The notes beneath the pieces were generated by a model that was given only the letters and a program-made list of their open reading frames with translations, made no database searches and had not been told where the DNA came from. The position numbers were made by a program, and so were the translations under genes. A stretch of DNA of 64,000 nt. It comes from an uncultured virus (IMG/VR IMGVR_UViG_3300017642_000062). Lineage: Duplodnaviria > Heunggongvirae > Uroviricota > Caudoviricetes. Positions 62,294 to 64,000 of this stretch are shown here, piece after piece (the stretch's first letter is position 1; the number at the start of each line of letters is the position of its first letter). Location: IMG/VR virus record IMGVR_UViG_3300017642_000062; one strand, given 5' to 3'.

Positions 62294-64000
62294 GTTATAA
62301 CGAGGCTGATACAAGAGCCAAATTAATTGACCCTACTATTCACGCAAAAGGCTGGACAGAAGACCACATCAAGCGCGAGGTATCTGCCGGAACAATTGAA
62401 ATAACAGGTAAAAAAGCCAAGCGGCTAAAAAAAGGCCGTGTTGACTACACACTTCGTCTAAGGGTGAATAGCGATTCTCAACCGATAGCCGTTGCGCTCA
62501 TTGAGGCAAAGAAAGAATCATTGTCACCCGGTTTTGGCTTGGAACAAGGCAAGCGCTATGCAGAAACAAAGTGCAATAATCTAAATATCAAGTTTGTCTA
62601 TTCCAGCAATGGACATATGTTTGTTGAATATGATAGATTCACCGGACTTATCAGCAATCCGAAGCCGATGAGCGAATTCCCAACTACTGAAGAACTCCGT
62701 CGTCGCTATGAGGAGGGCATGGGATTCAGTCTTGCAGACGAAAAGGCCAAGCCACTGCTTGCAAAGTATACTGGTGGTGAATCTGCAAGACGCTATTATC
62801 AGGATGCTGCAATCCGAGCAGCATTTGAAAAAATTGCCCAAGGTGGCAACAGAGTATTGCTTTCACTCGCAACAGGAGCGGGCAAGACTTTTATCGCGGT
62901 AAATTTGCTAAAACGTATTTCTGATGCCGGACAGCTTCGTAAGGCTCTTTTTGTATGTGACCGTGACGAATTACGCACACAGGGTAACAAAGCTTTTCAG
63001 GATAAATTCGGCAGTAATGCCGCTATCGCCATAGCAGGTAATCCACAGCATAATGCGCGTGTGATTATTGCAACCTATCAGACACTTGGTGTGTCCGCCG
63101 ATGACGATGATCCTTCGTTCTTGGTAGAGAATTACCCAGAAAACTACTTCAGCCATATTGTTATTGATGAATGCCACCGCAGCGCATGGGGCAAGTGGAG
63201 CGAAGTCTTAAAACGCAATCCGGATGCAATTCAAATCGGATTGACCGCTACTCCGCGCCAAATAAAAGTACCGGAGGGTGTCGCTATAACCCCAGAAGAC
63301 GAACGAATTGCAGCAGACAACATAAAACACTTTGGTGAAGCAGTGTATGAATACACATATCAACAGGCTGTAGAGGATGGTTACCTTGCCGCCTGCGTGA
63401 TACAGCCTGGAAATGTTAACATTGACGATACCGGTTTAACCATTGATGAAATAATGGCCTTAAAGCCACGTCATGCCATTACGGGTAAATTGATGACGCG
63501 AGATGAGCTGCAAGAAATCTATACAAGTCACGATTTCGAGCGAAAAATTATGTTGCCGGATCGTGTTCAGATTATGTGCAAGAATCTGTTTAATTATCTT
63601 CTTGAGACCGGTTCTCCTCTGCAGAAGACAATCATTTTCTGTGTTAGGGAAAGCCATGCCTCCGCTGTTGCTGCTGCTATGAACAACCTTTATATTGACT
63701 GGTGCAACAGCCACGAGATAGAACAGAGCAAGCGTTCGGCACATTATGCCTTTAACTGTACATATCACGAAGGCAAGGACTATGTTGCCGATATGAAAGG
63801 TAGCACAAAGGATTACTTTATTGCAACGACCGTAGATCTGCTTTCTACTGGCGTTGATATTCCTCCGTTGCGTAACATTGCATTCTTCCGCTATTTGGAA
63901 TCGCCAATCACTGTTATGCAGATGTTTGGACGCGGTACCAGACTGTTTGAAGACAAGCTGATGTTCACTATTTATGACTATACTGATGCTACCCGTCTAT
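62290..64000 (+). CDS. hsdR: Type I restriction endonuclease subunit R (EcoAI/EcoEI-like), 3' truncated by window; not in ORF track
   Basis: MSYNEADTRAKLIDP, IEAK, RYYQ, ATGAGKT, IDECHRS, GLTATP, LLSTGVD, GRGTR. Confidence 0.93.
   Translation, partial: MSYNEADTRAKLIDPTIHAKGWTEDHIKREVSAGTIEITGKKAKRLKKGRVDYTLRLRVNSDSQPIAVALIEAKKESLSPGFGLEQGKRYAETKCNNLNIKFVYSSNGHMFVEYDRFTGLISNPKPMSEFPTTEELRRRYEEGMGFSLADEKAKPLLAKYTGGESARRYYQDAAIRAAFEKIAQGGNRVLLSLATGAGKTFIAVNLLKRISDAGQLRKALFVCDRDELRTQGNKAFQDKFGSNAAIAIAGNPQHNARVIIATYQTLGVSADDDDPSFLVENYPENYFSHIVIDECHRSAWGKWSEVLKRNPDAIQIGLTATPRQIKVPEGVAITPEDERIAADNIKHFGEAVYEYTYQQAVEDGYLAACVIQPGNVNIDDTGLTIDEIMALKPRHAITGKLMTRDELQEIYTSHDFERKIMLPDRVQIMCKNLFNYLLETGSPLQKTIIFCVRESHASAVAAAMNNLYIDWCNSHEIEQSKRSAHYAFNCTYHEGKDYVADMKGSTKDYFIATTVDLLSTGVDIPPLRNIAFFRYLESPITVMQMFGRGTRLFEDKLMFTIYDYTDATRL

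Larger units (their letters stand above)
54167..64000. mobile_element. PICI-like phage satellite / integrative element; right end outside window
   Basis: int-repressor // small ORF-xis-primase-ori-capsid; defence cargo. Confidence 0.8.

Noticed and set aside
1..64000. A second VR target for the DGR
   Set aside because: No further TR-like copy seen by eye; a blastn of the TR against the whole genome would be needed to exclude remote targets

Overview
The window holds three nested or adjacent mobile elements from a Clostridia-like (probably Oscillospiraceae-type) genome; the taxon is inferred from protein families and RBS style. (1) 1-~52710: most of a temperate prophage with a lambda-like head (GpA terminase, lambda portal, Clp protease/scaffold, gpD/gpE), a P2-like contractile tail, a lysis cassette, two DNA methyltransferases, a replication/recombination early region, a cro/cI switch and a serine integrase whose 3' end is the probable right att junction. 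It carries a diversity-generating retroelement (DGR). The template repeat (6533-6669) and the variable repeat in the tail-fibre C-terminus (6904-7040) differ at 9 positions, all template adenines. The DGR has no recognisable avd gene, its own promoter, and an RT with YMDN in place of YxDD. An unannotated 51-aa ORF antisense to the repressor 3' end copies the repressor C-terminus through a palindrome and is a candidate SinI-like antirepressor. (2) ~52712-54166: the end of a second element, whose serine recombinase gene is cut off at ~54166. (3) ~54167-64000: a PICI-like phage satellite (tyrosine integrase, repressor/xis, primase-helicase, 12-iteron origin, lone HK97-type capsid gene, possible packaging site), followed by a type I restriction hsdR gene that runs off the window. 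All assignments are from reading sequence and motifs; no searches were run.
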